Part shown: piece by piece, positions 28,840 to 39,500 of the stretch | How positions within the stretch are numbered: position 1 is the first letter of the stretch | Layout: every line of letters starts with the position of its first letter | Origin: Candidatus Latescibacterota bacterium | GTDB lineage: Bacteria > Latescibacterota > UBA2968 | Assembly: GCA_965208125.1 (NCBI GenBank) | Contig: OZ242320.1 | Coordinates: 2,688,001-2,752,000, forward strand | Direction: 5' to 3' | DNA: 64,000 nucleotides | Made by a program: the position numbers and the translations under genes | Notes under the pieces: generated by a model | What the model was told of the DNA's origin: nothing | Database searches by the model: none | What the model saw: only the letters and a program-made list of their open reading frames with translations

Positions 28840-29217
28840 TCACTTCATTCCTGCAATGACATCGAGGAGTATGAGGTGTGCGCCGGTATCGCCGAAGATG
28901 GGGGTGCGCGTGGGGGCGTTTTCGGGGAAAAATTCGGCGTAGGCGTCGTTGAAGTCCGAAAAAAGAGAGCGATCTTTGAGGATGGCGGTTACTTTCAGGA
29001 CGTTGTCGAGCGATGTTCCCGCGTCTTCGAGTATGCCCGATATGTTGGTGAGAATGCATCGGGTTTGCGTTTTGATATCGTCTCCGACAATTTCATCGGT
29101 TTCCGGATCGACCGGGGGTTGGGCAGAGATGAAGATGAGGTCGCCGTAGATTATGGCCTGGGAGTAGGGGAATTTGGGGATGTTGCCGCGTTTGCTGGTG
29201 AAGGGTTGTTTTTTCAT
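28840..29217 (-). CDS. RidA / YjgF family protein
   Basis: PYSQAI..GDLIFISAQ, QTR..N, VLKVT, Y..FF..PTRT. Confidence 0.85.
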   Translation of the reverse strand: MKKQPFTSKRGNIPKFPYSQAIIYGDLIFISAQPPVDPETDEIVGDDIKTQTRCILTNISGILEDAGTSLDNVLKVTAILKDRSLFSDFNDAYAEFFPENAPTRTPIFGDTGAHLILLDVIAGMK

Positions 29218-29366
29218 TGTGGTCTCCTTGTGAAATGAATATTGAGGATGCGTAAATATAATTCCCAAGAAAAAAAATCAAAACGTTTAGATGGGAGATG
29301 ATAGGTGGGAACGTTCTGGTGTATTGGGTGGTCTAAGGATTAGTGATTAAAAAATAGGAATGCGTT

Positions 29367-29846
29367 TTGGATATATCAACTCAACGGTCTTGGCGGGGAG
29401 ACGCCGATACGCTTCGGCGTTTTGTTCTCGCTATTTTGATAATGGGAATCGTCGGCACGGGAGCCGAGCTTGTTCTTCTCGAGCATATGGAGGATTTCTG
29501 GCAGTGGGTGCCCCTCGTGCTCTTTGTGGCGGCACTTCCGTGCGCCGGCTGGCTCTTTGTCGCGCCTGGCGTGGCGAGTGTCCGCGTTTTTCAGATTGTG
29601 ATGGTGCTGTTCGTTGTTTCGGGCTTTGTCGGTCAGTGGCTTCACTACAAGGGAAATGTCGAGTTCGAGTTGGAGATGTATCCATCCCGCGGCGGGCTTG
29701 AACTCATTTGGGAAGCTTTGGGCGGTGCCACCCCGTCGCTGGCACCAGGGACGATGACACTTCTCGGGTTGCTCGGTTTAGCGGTTTGTTTTCGCCACCC
29801 CGGCTTGCGGGCTGGTGAAGTGAGAAATTCTCAGGAGGGAACATGA
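29367..29846 (+). CDS. Hypothetical membrane protein (about 4 TM)
   Basis: Four hydrophobic segments; ATGA overlap with the next gene. Confidence 0.7.
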   Translation: MDISTQRSWRGDADTLRRFVLAILIMGIVGTGAELVLLEHMEDFWQWVPLVLFVAALPCAGWLFVAPGVASVRVFQIVMVLFVVSGFVGQWLHYKGNVEFELEMYPSRGGLELIWEALGGATPSLAPGTMTLLGLLGLAVCFRHPGLRAGEVRNSQEGT

Positions 29847-30532
29847 ATATTTGCGGTAGAAGCGTGAAGTTTATCAACACGGCGGTGCTGCTCGTGTGTT
29901 TTGCGATGCTCTGGGGTTGTGGTGGGTCGAACGTGGATGAGACACCTGTCTCCGACGCTCCCACGGAAGAAGCCGCGAGTAGCGCGGTGGTCGTCAATCC
30001 AAATCTCGCAGGATCCGATGAACTCGGCGCCCTTATGAGTAAAGAACTCGCTGACGCGATTGTAGCGCAGCGCCCGTTCCTCGGTATGGTAGCATTGCAC
30101 CCGGTCGTGTCACAGCATCTCGGTCAGGAGGAGGTCGAGAAGCTCTACGTTCAGATGTTCATTCCGCTTAATCTGAATACTGCCAGCGAGGAGGAGATTC
30201 TTCTGGTGCCTGGCGTGGGAAAGCGGATGGCGCACGAGTTTGAGGAGTACCGTCCTTATACGGCTATTGCCCAATGGCGCCGTGAGATGGGTAAGTATGT
30301 AGATGATACCGAGGTTGCGCGGATGGAGCAGTATGTTTTTGTGCCTATCGACTTGAATACGGCTACTGAGGAGGAGATCCTCGCCATTCCCGGTGTGGGA
30401 AAGCGGATGGCACACGAGTTTGAGGAGTACCGTCCGTATTCGAGTATGGAACGGTTCCGGCGCGAGATTGGCAAGTATGTCGATGATGGCGAAGTCGCAC
30501 GCCTGGAGCGGTACGTGGAGATTCGACCTTAG
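29843..30532 (+). CDS. Lipoprotein with tandem ComEA-like helix-hairpin-helix repeats
   Basis: LWGC lipobox; two near-identical 60-aa units LNTA.EEEIL..PGVGKRMAHEFEEYRPY (180-bp period) plus one degenerate unit. Confidence 0.75.
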   Translation: MNICGRSVKFINTAVLLVCFAMLWGCGGSNVDETPVSDAPTEEAASSAVVVNPNLAGSDELGALMSKELADAIVAQRPFLGMVALHPVVSQHLGQEEVEKLYVQMFIPLNLNTASEEEILLVPGVGKRMAHEFEEYRPYTAIAQWRREMGKYVDDTEVARMEQYVFVPIDLNTATEEEILAIPGVGKRMAHEFEEYRPYSSMERFRREIGKYVDDGEVARLERYVEIRP

Positions 30533-30605
30533 TGTTTTTTTATTCAGATTGCCTATATTGAGCTTGATTATCTAACGTAGAAAATTTTATGCAATGGAGG
30601 TTGTG

Positions 30606-31301
30606 ATGTCTGTTAATCGCCGACGTTTTCTGTATCAGTCCGCTGCATTGGGTGCGGCGGTTTTTGTGACACCAGGGGTTTTTGCCGAGCAACTGACGCT
30701 TACACCCCGGCAAACCGAGGGGCCATATTATCCGAATAAGATGCCGCTGGATGTCGATAATGATCTCGTGATAATCAACGATGCGATTACGCCCGCAGTG
30801 GGAGAGATTACGCATTTGACCGGGCGCGTTCTGGATGTGAATGCCAATCCCGTAAAGAATGCCATAGTGGAGATCTGGCAGGTCGATAGCAATGGGGTTT
30901 ATATTCATACCGGGGCTCCGCGGCAGAATAGGCGAGACACGAATTTTCAGGGTTTTGGGCGTTTTGAGACGGGATCTACGGGTGAATACCGCTTTCGGAC
31001 GATTAAGCCCGTGCGGTACGGGGGGTCGCGAACCGCTCATATTCATTTTGCGATTAATAAAAATGGGCACCGGCTTTTGACGTCGCAGATGTACGTGAAA
31101 GACAATCCGGACAATAAGTGGGATTCTATTTTCAGGAATACTGGTCGCGCATCTCACGATTTGTTGTCCGTGCCGTTTAAGCCTTTGCCCGGGTCTGAGG
31201 TTGGCGAATTGACGGCAAATTTTGATATTGTGATTGGCGAGACGCCCGAAGACCGGGAAAATGACCGCGGGCGACGAGGCCGACGTCGCGGGTGGTGGTA
31301 A
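30606..31301 (+). CDS. Tat-exported intradiol ring-cleavage dioxygenase family protein
   Basis: NRRRFL Tat motif; EGPYY, VEIWQ.D..G.Y, FRTIKP..Y, AHIHF. Confidence 0.88.
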   Translation: MSVNRRRFLYQSAALGAAVFVTPGVFAEQLTLTPRQTEGPYYPNKMPLDVDNDLVIINDAITPAVGEITHLTGRVLDVNANPVKNAIVEIWQVDSNGVYIHTGAPRQNRRDTNFQGFGRFETGSTGEYRFRTIKPVRYGGSRTAHIHFAINKNGHRLLTSQMYVKDNPDNKWDSIFRNTGRASHDLLSVPFKPLPGSEVGELTANFDIVIGETPEDRENDRGRRGRRRGWW

Positions 31302-31395
31302 AAAAGATATGTGTCTCTTGACGAAATAAGCGCTTTTGGCTATTTTTTTGAAAGGACGTTTCCATCCTGCGCTTATCTAAAGGAACACTCGAATT

Positions 31396-31770
31396 ATGTC
31401 AGATGAAGACTATAAAGATGGTCTTTCTGGAAGACCCCACGGTCGTTGGTCTCCCACCACAAAGCAAACTCGAGACTTCGTACAGGGAATCCGAGATCGC
31501 CAAACCATAGATGCAGATAATAAAACGAGAAACAAGGATTCATCTACGACTGAGGGCCTTGGTGATTTCTTGGAATTTATTTTTTCGCCAGCAGGTTTGA
31601 TATACCTGATACTTACAGTTTTGGTTGTGTTTATATTTGATGCGATTAATCCTGATATGTCTTTATTGTGGGGCCTAGTCATATTGATATTTTCTCCCGA
31701 TATTTTTAGCACTATGTCTTTTGGCTTTATTGGTGATCGTGTTGATCTTGGTAGCACTTTTTTAATTTAG
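31396..31770 (+). CDS. Hypothetical low-GC membrane protein (2 TM), possibly truncated
   Basis: AAGGA RBS, charged N-terminal half and hydrophobic C-terminal half; no recognised motif. Confidence 0.5.
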   Translation: MSDEDYKDGLSGRPHGRWSPTTKQTRDFVQGIRDRQTIDADNKTRNKDSSTTEGLGDFLEFIFSPAGLIYLILTVLVVFIFDAINPDMSLLWGLVILIFSPDIFSTMSFGFIGDRVDLGSTFLI

Positions 31771-31887
31771 GGTTTGATGTTACTTAGCGACTCTATATCT
31801 TGTGATTTATTTTTAAGAGATATACAAGATATTGTGGTAAAATGAAATATTTTTTGATAAACTGCGTAACATCAGTTAGGATATTGA

Positions 31888-32292
31888 ATGCAGAGAATCC
31901 CTGAGATTGTTTTCCGGGCAATGAAAGAGGATTCTGATGGTAAACCTCTCGTGGAAAGGTCGGCAAGGGCATTAGGAGTTCGCATTGGGGAAAGACACCC
32001 CGATATTCATATTGATATTCAAGGACAAGTACATCCAAAGACAGGCGGGATGTCTGTAACACCTGATGATTATAGACAACTACCGAACCACAGATTGCCT
32101 GAATCTCTAGGTGGCAGAGGACGCCATCCTATTTTTTCTTTTCAAGTCGTTGACTTACCTTCTACTTCTTTAGCCCTGCGTAGAGATAAACCAAATCACG
32201 CGCTTATTGAACCATCGAAGTCCTGTTTGTTCGAAGAATATGAGCAGAATTTACATAGCACCAGAGAAGATTGGGTGAAATGTCATGAGTGA
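31888..32292 (+). CDS. Putative Tse2-like ADP-ribosyltransferase toxin domain protein
   Basis: VFR10, GGMS56VTP and H104ALIEP fall in the order of an R-S-H triad; SARALGVR and LGG.G..P are typical of this polymorphic-toxin tip family (recalled, not searched). Confidence 0.6.
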   Translation: MQRIPEIVFRAMKEDSDGKPLVERSARALGVRIGERHPDIHIDIQGQVHPKTGGMSVTPDDYRQLPNHRLPESLGGRGRHPIFSFQVVDLPSTSLALRRDKPNHALIEPSKSCLFEEYEQNLHSTREDWVKCHE

Positions 32293-32572
32293 AGCTTTCG
32301 AGCGATATCGTTCTTTAGAACACGATCTCATTCATATCCGCTGGCAACATGCAGGATTTGATTCTGAGGAAGAAGAGTCGATATTAGAGGACATGGATGT
32401 GGTGTGGTATGAATTGAGCGAAGAAGAGCAGCAGCTACTATACAGCGAAGGGGCGAAGTCTCTAATTCGCGACGCCAGAGCAACTTTACCGCATAGCGGT
32501 TGGGTTGATGAAGAAGTCTATAGAGTTTCCAATTCCAGCACACCAGTTCGCACGTTTAGGGAGGCGGCCTGA
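32285..32572 (+). CDS. Small acidic helical protein, candidate immunity protein or antitoxin
   Basis: 95 aa, D/E-rich (DSEEEESILEDMD, ELSEEEQ); 8-bp overlap with the upstream gene. Confidence 0.55.
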   Translation: MSEAFERYRSLEHDLIHIRWQHAGFDSEEEESILEDMDVVWYELSEEEQQLLYSEGAKSLIRDARATLPHSGWVDEEVYRVSNSSTPVRTFREAA

Positions 32573-33330
32573 TGTATCTCACAACTCACAGAGTGCGACG
32601 AATAAGAGGTGAGAAGGTCGAGGTCGGTATCAATTCTTTTCTCTACCAGCACAGGGAGCTTGAACTTCCCGAAGATATGAAAGACAATAAAAATATCATT
32701 GACCAGATCGCCTATGAGAATCCAGGCAAACTAATCGCGGAATCTGTAGATTTAGTGCCGGGAGGCAATTCAGTTCTCAGTTTTGTCGATATAGTTGGCA
32801 AGGAAGGTCTTGATCAAGAGTACATCCAAGACTTCCTTGACCAAATGGAGAGCGATATAGAAGACCATTTTCAAGAGAAAAATGTACCCTTTGCCGACTT
32901 TGATCAAGATATCGCCGTTAGATTTGAAATCACTTATGGCTTAAAGGGCCAGGAGATAAGAGAGTATAAAGCCCTTAAGGAAAGGGCAATGCATCTGTTC
33001 CAGTCTCAGGAACCTCCCAGGTGGCGATCTGAAGACCCGTGGATAGTGATTCATCGCAATATTTCTCATAACCAGGAAACATTCAGCTTATCAACAGAAA
33101 CTGCCGAGAAACTCAAACAGATGTATGATGAATCTTGGATTCCAGCGAAGATTTCTGTAGATCGACACACAAAGGATAATGTCGAACTCATACATGGTGA
33201 CCTGATAAATAATATTGCACCGGTCTTAACCGATTTAACGCTTGAACAAATTGCTGCACAGGGTGGATTAATACTTTGTGATTCTTTGACCGAAAAAAAA
33301 ATTAAATGGCCTGAGCTAAGGGAAATATAG
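32572..33330 (+). CDS. Hypothetical protein, third gene of the ART operon
   Basis: 252 aa; TGATG coupling with a GGAGG RBS; no recognised domain. Confidence 0.7.
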   Translation: MYLTTHRVRRIRGEKVEVGINSFLYQHRELELPEDMKDNKNIIDQIAYENPGKLIAESVDLVPGGNSVLSFVDIVGKEGLDQEYIQDFLDQMESDIEDHFQEKNVPFADFDQDIAVRFEITYGLKGQEIREYKALKERAMHLFQSQEPPRWRSEDPWIVIHRNISHNQETFSLSTETAEKLKQMYDESWIPAKISVDRHTKDNVELIHGDLINNIAPVLTDLTLEQIAAQGGLILCDSLTEKKIKWPELREI

Positions 33331-33355
33331 CTCAGGTAGAAATAGAGGATATTTT

Positions 33356-33706
33356 TTGCGACGTTTTGCTCACATTTGTATTGTCTCGCTGACGCTTATA
33401 GGAATGGTTGCGCCCTGTCTGTGTTGGGCGCATCAGGCTTCGATGCCAGAGTGTCATGCTGCGGCAGAGATGAAAGATTGCTGTTGTAGCAAAGAGGCGA
33501 CAGTTGATCGAGAGATGCCGGCGCGCGATCTGGCTGTTTTGCCCGGTGAATGGCAAAATCCAAAGTTGGATTTGACTTGTGTGACGTTGTATCCCTCGGT
33601 TGTTCTTTCCCAGAGTGATTTCCTTCCTTTTATGGTGGATGATCGCCAGAGAGCTTTGCGATCACCGCCCGATCTGTATCTTCTCCACGCAGCATTTCTC
33701 ATCTGA
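33356..33706 (+). CDS. Exported Cys-rich uORF with C-terminal RSPP motif (DUF2946 / CruR / CutF-like)
   Basis: GAGGA RBS, TTG start, signal peptide, CH..CCC cluster, LRSPP near the C-terminus; upstream of a cus-type operon. Confidence 0.65.
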   Translation: MRRFAHICIVSLTLIGMVAPCLCWAHQASMPECHAAAEMKDCCCSKEATVDREMPARDLAVLPGEWQNPKLDLTCVTLYPSVVLSQSDFLPFMVDDRQRALRSPPDLYLLHAAFLI

Positions 33707-33841
33707 TTTTTCCTTCCTGTGCTTGAATGGCATTTGGGGATAGGTGTGTACAAATTGTTCCCGATTGTCGTTTTTTCTGCCGCATGTTTTGCGGACTTTT
33801 TCCTTTTTAAATACTAAATATAGATTCTCTGGAGGTGGCTT

Positions 33842-35101
33842 GTGTATGCTATCCGAGCCATGATCGGACTATGTCTCATGGGTATATCTATTTTGCCTGT
33901 GCGGGCAGATGAACTGGATCTGGATGCGCTGATTCAGGAGGCTGTGGAAAATAATCCCAATTTGTCGGTTTTGCGGGCGCGGTTGGCTGCTTTTGAAGCG
34001 AAAATTCCGCAGGCGGGGGCATTGGAAGATCCGTCTTTTCGCTTTGAGGTGAGCAATGTGCCGTTGGGCGACTTCAATTTGAGCAGTACGCCGATGAGCG
34101 GAAATCAATTTGTGCTTAGCCAGAAGTTTTCTTTGCCGGGAAAACAGTGGGCGCGCGAGCAATCGGCCCAGTTTGCCTCAGAGTCTGTTGCCTGGCTGTT
34201 GCGCGACCGAGAATTGGCTATTGCCAATGCGGTCAAGCAGCCTTTTTTTGATCTGGCTTATGTGACCCGTGCTATTGCTATTATGGAAAAGAATCGGGTG
34301 TTGTTGCAAGACCTTGTTCGCATTGCCCGCACGAAATACGCCGTTGGAAAAGGGTTGCAACAGGATGTGTTGAAAGCCCAGGTTTCGCTGTCGGCACTGG
34401 ATACGGAGTTGATTGCGCTTCGGGCTAAAAAACAATTGGCAGAGGCGCGTTTAAATCTGGTGTTGAATCGGTCTCCGCAAAGTCCTCTGGGTGCGCCGCC
34501 AGATACTATTGGTCTTTCGAGCGTGCCACTGACGGTTGATGCCTTGCAAGTGCTTGCCGATGAGGGACATCCATCCCTGAAGGCAATGGATCAATCGATT
34601 TTGATGTGGCAAGCAGAGGTTGAGGTTGCAGGAAGAAATCTTTGGCCGGATATGACGGTGAGTTTGGGGTATCGTCAGCGCGTGTCTGCGGCTAATGATC
34701 CGGTGATAGGAAGCGATTTTATATCTGTTGGTATAGGTATTCCATTGCCCGTGTTTGGCGGGCGCAAGCAACGCCAGCAGATTGCAGAAGCGCGGGCTAA
34801 TTTGCGAGAGGCTGAGGCTCAAAAGGTCGCTGAACGCGAGCAGATTCACTACGAGATTCAGCGTCTGATTATTGAGGCAAGACAACACCGGGAAAGCGCC
34901 GAGTTGTTTCGCACTGCGATGTTGCCTCAGGCAGAGCAGTCGCTGGCGTCGGCATTGTCGGGTTATCGGGTGGATAAGGTGGATTTTTTGACGTTGTTGG
35001 ACAATCAGATGACGCTGTTGAATTTTGAGATCGCACATTATCGACATGTGATTGAGCATGAAAAACGGGTGGCGGATCTGGCGGCGGCGGTGGGACATTA
35101 G
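33842..35101 (+). CDS. TolC-family outer-membrane factor (CusC-like)
   Basis: Signal peptide, A.ENNP.L, Y..G...QQDVL.AQ, Y....VDFL.LLD.Q. Confidence 0.88.
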   Translation: MYAIRAMIGLCLMGISILPVRADELDLDALIQEAVENNPNLSVLRARLAAFEAKIPQAGALEDPSFRFEVSNVPLGDFNLSSTPMSGNQFVLSQKFSLPGKQWAREQSAQFASESVAWLLRDRELAIANAVKQPFFDLAYVTRAIAIMEKNRVLLQDLVRIARTKYAVGKGLQQDVLKAQVSLSALDTELIALRAKKQLAEARLNLVLNRSPQSPLGAPPDTIGLSSVPLTVDALQVLADEGHPSLKAMDQSILMWQAEVEVAGRNLWPDMTVSLGYRQRVSAANDPVIGSDFISVGIGIPLPVFGGRKQRQQIAEARANLREAEAQKVAEREQIHYEIQRLIIEARQHRESAELFRTAMLPQAEQSLASALSGYRVDKVDFLTLLDNQMTLLNFEIAHYRHVIEHEKRVADLAAAVGH

Positions 35102-35108
35102 GTCTGAG

Positions 35109-35133
35109 GTCGGAGCAGGCTCTGTGCCTGTCC
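35109..35133 (+). repeat. Degenerate REP-like palindrome
   Basis: GTCGGAGCAGGC-TCTGT-GCCTGTCC in the intergenic gap. Confidence 0.4.
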
Positions 35134-35153
35134 GTTTAACAAGGAGTTGTGAC

Positions 35154-36533
35154 ATGAAATATCTCTTTCCAATTTTAGTATTGATCGCGGGATTGATCGC
35201 GGGATTTGTTGGCGGGGTCTGGATTGCGGGAGATACGCATACAGAGCAGATGCAGGCGTTGGAGACATATATTTGTCCGATGCATCCGACGGTGGTGTCG
35301 GATAAGCCGGGCAGTTGTCCCATTTGCGGTATGGATCTGGTGGTGAAGGAGGTGGATGGTGGGCACGGTCATAAGATGCAGGCGTTGGAGACATATATTT
35401 GTCCGATGCATCCGACGGTGGTGTCGGATAAGCCCGGGTCTTGTCCAATCTGTGGTATGGATCTGGTGGTGAAAGAGGCTGATGCGTCGTCAGTTCAGGA
35501 TAGAAGCGTGCAGATTGATCCTGTGACGATTCAGAATATTGGTGTGAAGACAATGGTGGTGGAAAAGCAGTCTTTGAAGCGCACAGTGCGCGCGGTGGGC
35601 AGGGTGGATTATGACGAGACGCGGATTATGGATGTAAATAGCAAGGTCGCCGGATGGGTTGAGCAGTTGTATGTGGATTATACCGGTCAGTGGGTGAAAA
35701 AGGGGCAGCCTTTGCTCGCGCTTTACAGTCCGGAACTGGTCGCGGCGCAAGAGGAGTATTTGACGGCTCTGGATTATGCGGAGAGAATGCGCGGTGGTGT
35801 GGATCGAGATGTGGCGCAAAGTGCCGAAGATTTGCTCGCTGCTGCGAGGCAAAGGTTGCTGTACTGGGATATTTCGGCGGGTCAGATTGCGGAGTTGGAA
35901 AAGACGCGACAGGTTGGACGAACAATGCCCATTCTGGCTCCTCGTTCGGGGATTGTGACGCACAAAGATGTGCTGGAGGGGGCGTATATCAGGTCGGGTC
36001 AACATTTGTATCGCATTGCGGATCTGTCGGTGGTGTGGATTTATGCGGATGTGTACGAATACGAGATGCCGTGGATTTCCAAAGGGCAGCGCGCAGAGGT
36101 GTCGCTGTCTTATTTGCCGGGCGAGCAATTTGAGGGAAAAGTGGATTATATTTTTCCGTTTATGAATGAAAAGACGCGCACGGTGCAGGTGCGGATGGTT
36201 TTTGACAATGCAGATGGTGCGCTTAAACCGGATATGTATGCCGATGTGGTAATTCGTCCCGAGGTGTCGCGTGAGGGGGTTGTGATACCCGCGCAGGCGG
36301 TGATTCATTCGGGGACGCGCAGGGTTGTTGTGATGGCTCACGGAAACGGTAGGTTTGAGCCGCGCGAGATTCACATCGGGGTCGAGACTGAGGATGGCTA
36401 TGAGGTCATGCACGGGCTAAATCCGGGGGATCAGATTGTGACTTCGGCGCAATTTTTGATCGATTCAGAGAGCAATTTAAAGGCTGCACTGGCGGGGATG
36501 CTTGGAGATCCTATGAAACATGGTGGACATTGA
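35154..36533 (+). CDS. cusB: CusB-like membrane fusion protein with two heavy-metal-binding (YxCPMHP) domains
   Basis: 2x [18 protein letters not shown]; [26 protein letters not shown]; AAGGAG RBS. Confidence 0.88.
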   Translation: MKYLFPILVLIAGLIAGFVGGVWIAGDTHTEQMQALETYICPMHPTVVSDKPGSCPICGMDLVVKEVDGGHGHKMQALETYICPMHPTVVSDKPGSCPICGMDLVVKEADASSVQDRSVQIDPVTIQNIGVKTMVVEKQSLKRTVRAVGRVDYDETRIMDVNSKVAGWVEQLYVDYTGQWVKKGQPLLALYSPELVAAQEEYLTALDYAERMRGGVDRDVAQSAEDLLAAARQRLLYWDISAGQIAELEKTRQVGRTMPILAPRSGIVTHKDVLEGAYIRSGQHLYRIADLSVVWIYADVYEYEMPWISKGQRAEVSLSYLPGEQFEGKVDYIFPFMNEKTRTVQVRMVFDNADGALKPDMYADVVIRPEVSREGVVIPAQAVIHSGTRRVVVMAHGNGRFEPREIHIGVETEDGYEVMHGLNPGDQIVTSAQFLIDSESNLKAALAGMLGDPMKHGGH

Positions 36534-36562
36534 GGCGCGCATTTTGAGGAGGCTGGAACGCG

Positions 36563-39500
36563 ATGCTAAATCGAATTATTGAAGCGAGTGTCGAGAATCG
36601 GTTCCTGGTGGTGATCGCTACTTTGATGGTGATTGGATGGGGGGTGTACGCGATGCTGAATACGCCACTGGATGCGATTCCCGATTTGTCGGATGTGCAG
36701 GTGATCGTGTTTAGCGAATATCCGGGTCAGGCACCGCAGGTGGTGGAAGATCAGGTGACGTATCCGCTGACGACGGCGATGTTGTCCGTGCCTTATGCAA
36801 AGACGGTGCGGGGATATTCGTTTTTTGGCATTTCTTATGTATATGTGATTTTTGAGGATGGAACGGATATGTATTGGGCGCGCAGTCGGGTGTTGGAGTA
36901 TCTTAATTCCGCGTCTGATAGATTGCCGCAGGGGGTAACGCCAAAGCTGGGACCAGATGCGACGGGTGTGGGCTGGGTCTATCAATATACGGTGCTGGAT
37001 ACGACTGGAAGACATGATCTTTCAGAGTTGAGGTCGATTCAGGATTGGTATTTGCGATATGAGTTGAGCAGTGTGCAGGGTGTGTCGGAAGTGGCGTCTG
37101 TGGGTGGGTTTGTGAAGCAGTATCAGGTGGTTGTGGATCCCAATCGCTTGCTGGCATACAATATTCCTTTGCAGAAGGTTCGGACGGCGATTCAGCGCAG
37201 CAATAGCGATGTGGGAGGGCGATTGGTCGAGCTGGCAGAGACGGAATTTATGGTGCGCGGGTTGGGGTATATCCGTTCTGTGGCAGATATTGAGCAGATT
37301 GCCCTGGGCGTGGATGAACACGGTACGCCGATTCGCGTAAAAGATGTTGCTACTGTGCAGGTGGGGCCAGAGCTTAGAAGGGGATTGGCCGAGTGGAATG
37401 GCGAGGGGGAGGTGGTGGGGGGTATTGTGGTGATGCGGTATGGGGAAAATGCGCTCAAAGTTATTGATCGGGTGAAAGAGAAGATGGAATCGCTCAAACC
37501 CGGTCTTCCGGAGGGCGTAGTGGTGGTCGCCAATTACGATCGCTCGGCACTTATTCTGCGCGCGGTTGATCATTTGCAAAAAAAGCTGATTGAAGAGATC
37601 GCGATAGTGGCTGTGGTGTGTATTGTTTTTTTACTCCATTTTCGCAGTGCTTTTGTGGCTGTTTTCACGTTGCCGATGGGGATTTTAATTGCGTTTGCCG
37701 CGATGTATCACCAGGGCGTCAATTCGAATATTATGTCTCTTGGAGGCATTGCTATTGCTATTGGGGCGATGGTGGATGCCGCTATTGTGATGATCGAAAA
37801 TGCGCACAAGCATATGGAACGCGATGGCGGGACAAAGTCGCATAGTGAGATGATTATTGCCGCTTCGAAAGAGGTGGGACCGGCGCTGTTCTTTTCGCTG
37901 TTGATTATTACGCTGTCGTTTTTGCCGGTTTTTACACTGGAGGCGCAGGAGGGACGGTTGTTTAAGCCGCTCGCATATACCAAAACTTATGCTATGGCGG
38001 CGGCGGCATTTTTGGCGATTACGGTTGTGCCGGTGCTGATGACTTTTTTTGTGCGCGGCAAAATTCGGTCTGAGGCACAGAATCCCATCAGTCGCGTGTT
38101 GATCTATCTGTACCGGCCCGTGATTGATTGGGTGCTGCGACATCGGGTGATGACTGTGGCGTTGGGCGGGCTGGTGTTGTTTGTGACGGTGTTTCCTTTT
38201 CGGGATATTGTGGTGTCGCGTTTTTCCGATCGACCGCAGAGTTTGACTTATAAGGCACTGGTGAAGTTGGACGCGTTGTTTCCTATGGAAAAAATTGGAT
38301 CGGAATTTATGCCGCCTCTGTACGAGGGCGATCTGTTGTATATGCCCACGACATTGCCGGGGATATCGATTACGAGGGCGCGGGCGCTGTTGCAACAGAC
38401 GGATAAAATCATTCGCACTTTTCCCGAAGTTGAACACGTATTTGGCAAGATTGGTCGGGCGGAGACTGCGACAGATCCGGCGCCGTTGTCGATGATTGAG
38501 ACGACGATTATGCTCAAGCCCGAGTCCGAGTGGCGAGAAGGCATGACGCCTCAAAAATTAATTCGGGAGTTGAATCAGGCGGTGAAATTTCCGGGATTGA
38601 CAAATGCGTGGACTATGCCGATTAAGACGCGCATCGATATGCTTTCAACGGGTATTAAGACGCCTGTGGGTATCAAGGTGGTGGGGGATGATCTGGAGAC
38701 ATTGCAGATGTTGGGTGAGAAAATCGAGACGGTGGTGCGCGATTTGCCGGGTACGCTGAGTGTGTTTGCCGAGCGCGCAGCAGGTGGCAATTATCTGGAT
38801 TTTGAGATCGATAGACAGGCTGCTGCGCGTTATGGGCTGACGGTTGGGGATGTGCAGGATGTTATTATGTCTGCATTGGGCGGGATGAATATCACCCATA
38901 CTGTGGAGGGTTTGGAGCGCTATCCGGTGAATTTGCGTTATGGGAGGGAGTTACGCGACAATTTGCCCGCGCTTCGGCGCGTGCTGGTGCCCACGCCGAT
39001 GGGGGCGCAGATTCCCATTGGGCAGTTGGCAGATCTTCATATTCGGAAGGGTCCACCGGGTATTAAGAGCGAGAATGCGCGGTTAAATGCGTGGGTCTAT
39101 GTCGATATTGAAGGCGTGGATGTGGGAACTTATGTCGCGCGGGCGCAACAGGCGGTGTTGGAGCAGGTTCAGATGCCACCCGGGTACACCGCGATCTGGA
39201 GCGGTCAGTATGAATATATGTTGCGGGCAGAGAAGAAGCTGAAGGTTGTGGTGCCCGTGACGCTGGCGATCATTTTTGTGCTGTTGTATCTGAATTTTAG
39301 AAATGTGGCTGAGACCGCGATTGTGATGCTTTCTCTGCCCTTTGCTCTGGTCGGCGGGATATGGTTGATGTATATTTTGGATTACGATATGAGTATTGCC
39401 GTGGGGGTTGGGTTTATCGCGCTGGCGGGATTGGCTGCCGAGACGGGGGTGGTGATGCTGATTTATCTGGATCAGGCTTATGATAGTCTTAGACGTGAGA

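Noticed and set aside
35052-35153. Upstream extensions given by the ORF track (also 3793-3837, 5763-5852, 23032-23142, 48373-48489, 50913-51137)
   Set aside because: Downstream starts have RBSs and match family N-termini; the extensions overlap neighbouring genes or regulatory elements.
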